Virus record (IMG/VR): IMGVR_UViG_3300020165_000003
DNA length: 40,162 bases
Source of the DNA: a virus
Direction: 5' to 3' (one strand)
The notes under the pieces are model-generated. The model did no database searches, was not told the DNA's origin, and was given only the letters and a program-made list of their open reading frames with translations. A program made the translations under genes and the position numbers. Shown piece after piece: positions 39,820 through 40,162 of the stretch. Each line of letters begins with the position of its first letter. The first letter of the stretch is position 1.

Positions 39820-40162
39820 TAGTTCAAATCAATTACGGATTGACTACAAGCCATTGAAGCAATCCAACTATCCGTAACCAGGCTTATGTCTATGTAGGAC
39901 AACTCGTTTTTTGAAGCTCCGCTATTTGCTGAGTAATTCATAGTCAAAGCATCCATCCATCCACTAATGGTAGCCGTTCCATTATTGTGATACATTATAC
40001 AAATCAAATCTTGTCTTCTAGACATATAATCTATTTGATTCATTTTTCTATCTAGAAATGGTATTCTAATTAATATCTCTGTAGAGATAACACCAAGGCC
40101 ATTACTAGTTGCTTTTGTTTCCGTGAAATTAGTTACGGAATCTTTGTTGTTGTGCTCAAATA
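39819..40162 (-). CDS. C-terminal part of the same wrap-around ORF (ORF track lists only 39819..40043 from an internal Met)
   Basis: Frame stays open upstream of Met 40043 through the repeat (..PFLDRK-MNQIDYMSRR..). TAATG overlap with next gene at 39819. Confidence 0.6.
   Translation of the reverse strand, partial: FEHNNKDSVTNFTETKATSNGLGVISTEILIRIPFLDRKMNQIDYMSRRQDLICIMYHNNGTATISGWMDALTMNYSANSGASKNELSYIDISLVTDSWIASMACSQSVIDLN
40036..40162. repeat. Terminal direct repeat, right copy (identical to 1..127); circular-closure overlap
   Basis: Same 127 nt as 1..127; lies inside a coding frame, which argues for assembly overlap or circular permutation rather than a physical terminus. Confidence 0.95.

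Noticed and set aside
1-40162. Lysogeny module, tRNA genes, CRISPR arrays, transposases
   Set aside because: I recognised no integrase, recombinase or CI-like ORF. I saw no tRNA-like GTTCGAATC-type arms in the few non-coding stretches. Absence is judged by eye only.

Overview
The window appears to be a complete, circularly closed phage genome of about 40.0 kb. Bases 1-127 recur exactly at 40036-40162, and a minus-strand ORF reads in frame across that junction.

**Layout**
- Late arm, minus strand (14952 down to 1, then 40035 down to 30812): small and large terminase, TP901-type tape measure with two coupled distal-tail genes, XkdF-type protease/scaffold, major capsid, a paralogous pair of abundant virion proteins, small connector-like genes, two mosaic tail fibres, a LamG-type protein, portal, M15 endolysin, and two small membrane proteins.
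- Early/middle arm, plus strand (15361-30741), about 55 mostly small genes: two compact C5-methyltransferase-like genes, an Api92/DUF1281-like protein, two sigma-like proteins, two DnaA-domain-IV-like HTH proteins, a Rad52-like annealase, a RecE-like exonuclease, an 81-aa protein ending in an SSB-type DDGLPF tail, a DnaB-like helicase, RusA and a 3TM-holin-like gene.
- I did not recognise an integrase, tRNA, CRISPR array, polymerase or primase.
- Missing Shine-Dalgarno sites, A-rich leaders and two TAnnTTTG boxes suggest a Bacteroidota (Flavobacteriia-like) host. This is inference.

**Most interesting signals, all read by eye and none verified by search**
1. A 12-mer, AwTGTAAATTAw, sits at 8 gene junctions and is always co-oriented with late, lysis or sigma genes. 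It resembles the T4 late promoter, and the phage encodes a gp55-like sigma candidate plus an ECF-like sigma.
2. A perfect 10-bp palindrome, TATTATAATA, occurs three times in the 408-bp divergent control region and once 3 nt upstream of the ECF-like sigma gene.
3. Five copies of a 24-nt junction element, AACCTTTAA-N12-ATG, tile an array of small genes at 25.3-26.2 kb. The element lies in coding sequence in two different reading frames and also in non-coding sequence.
4. The sigma-like ORF and a DnaA-domain-IV-like ORF overlap by 203 nt.
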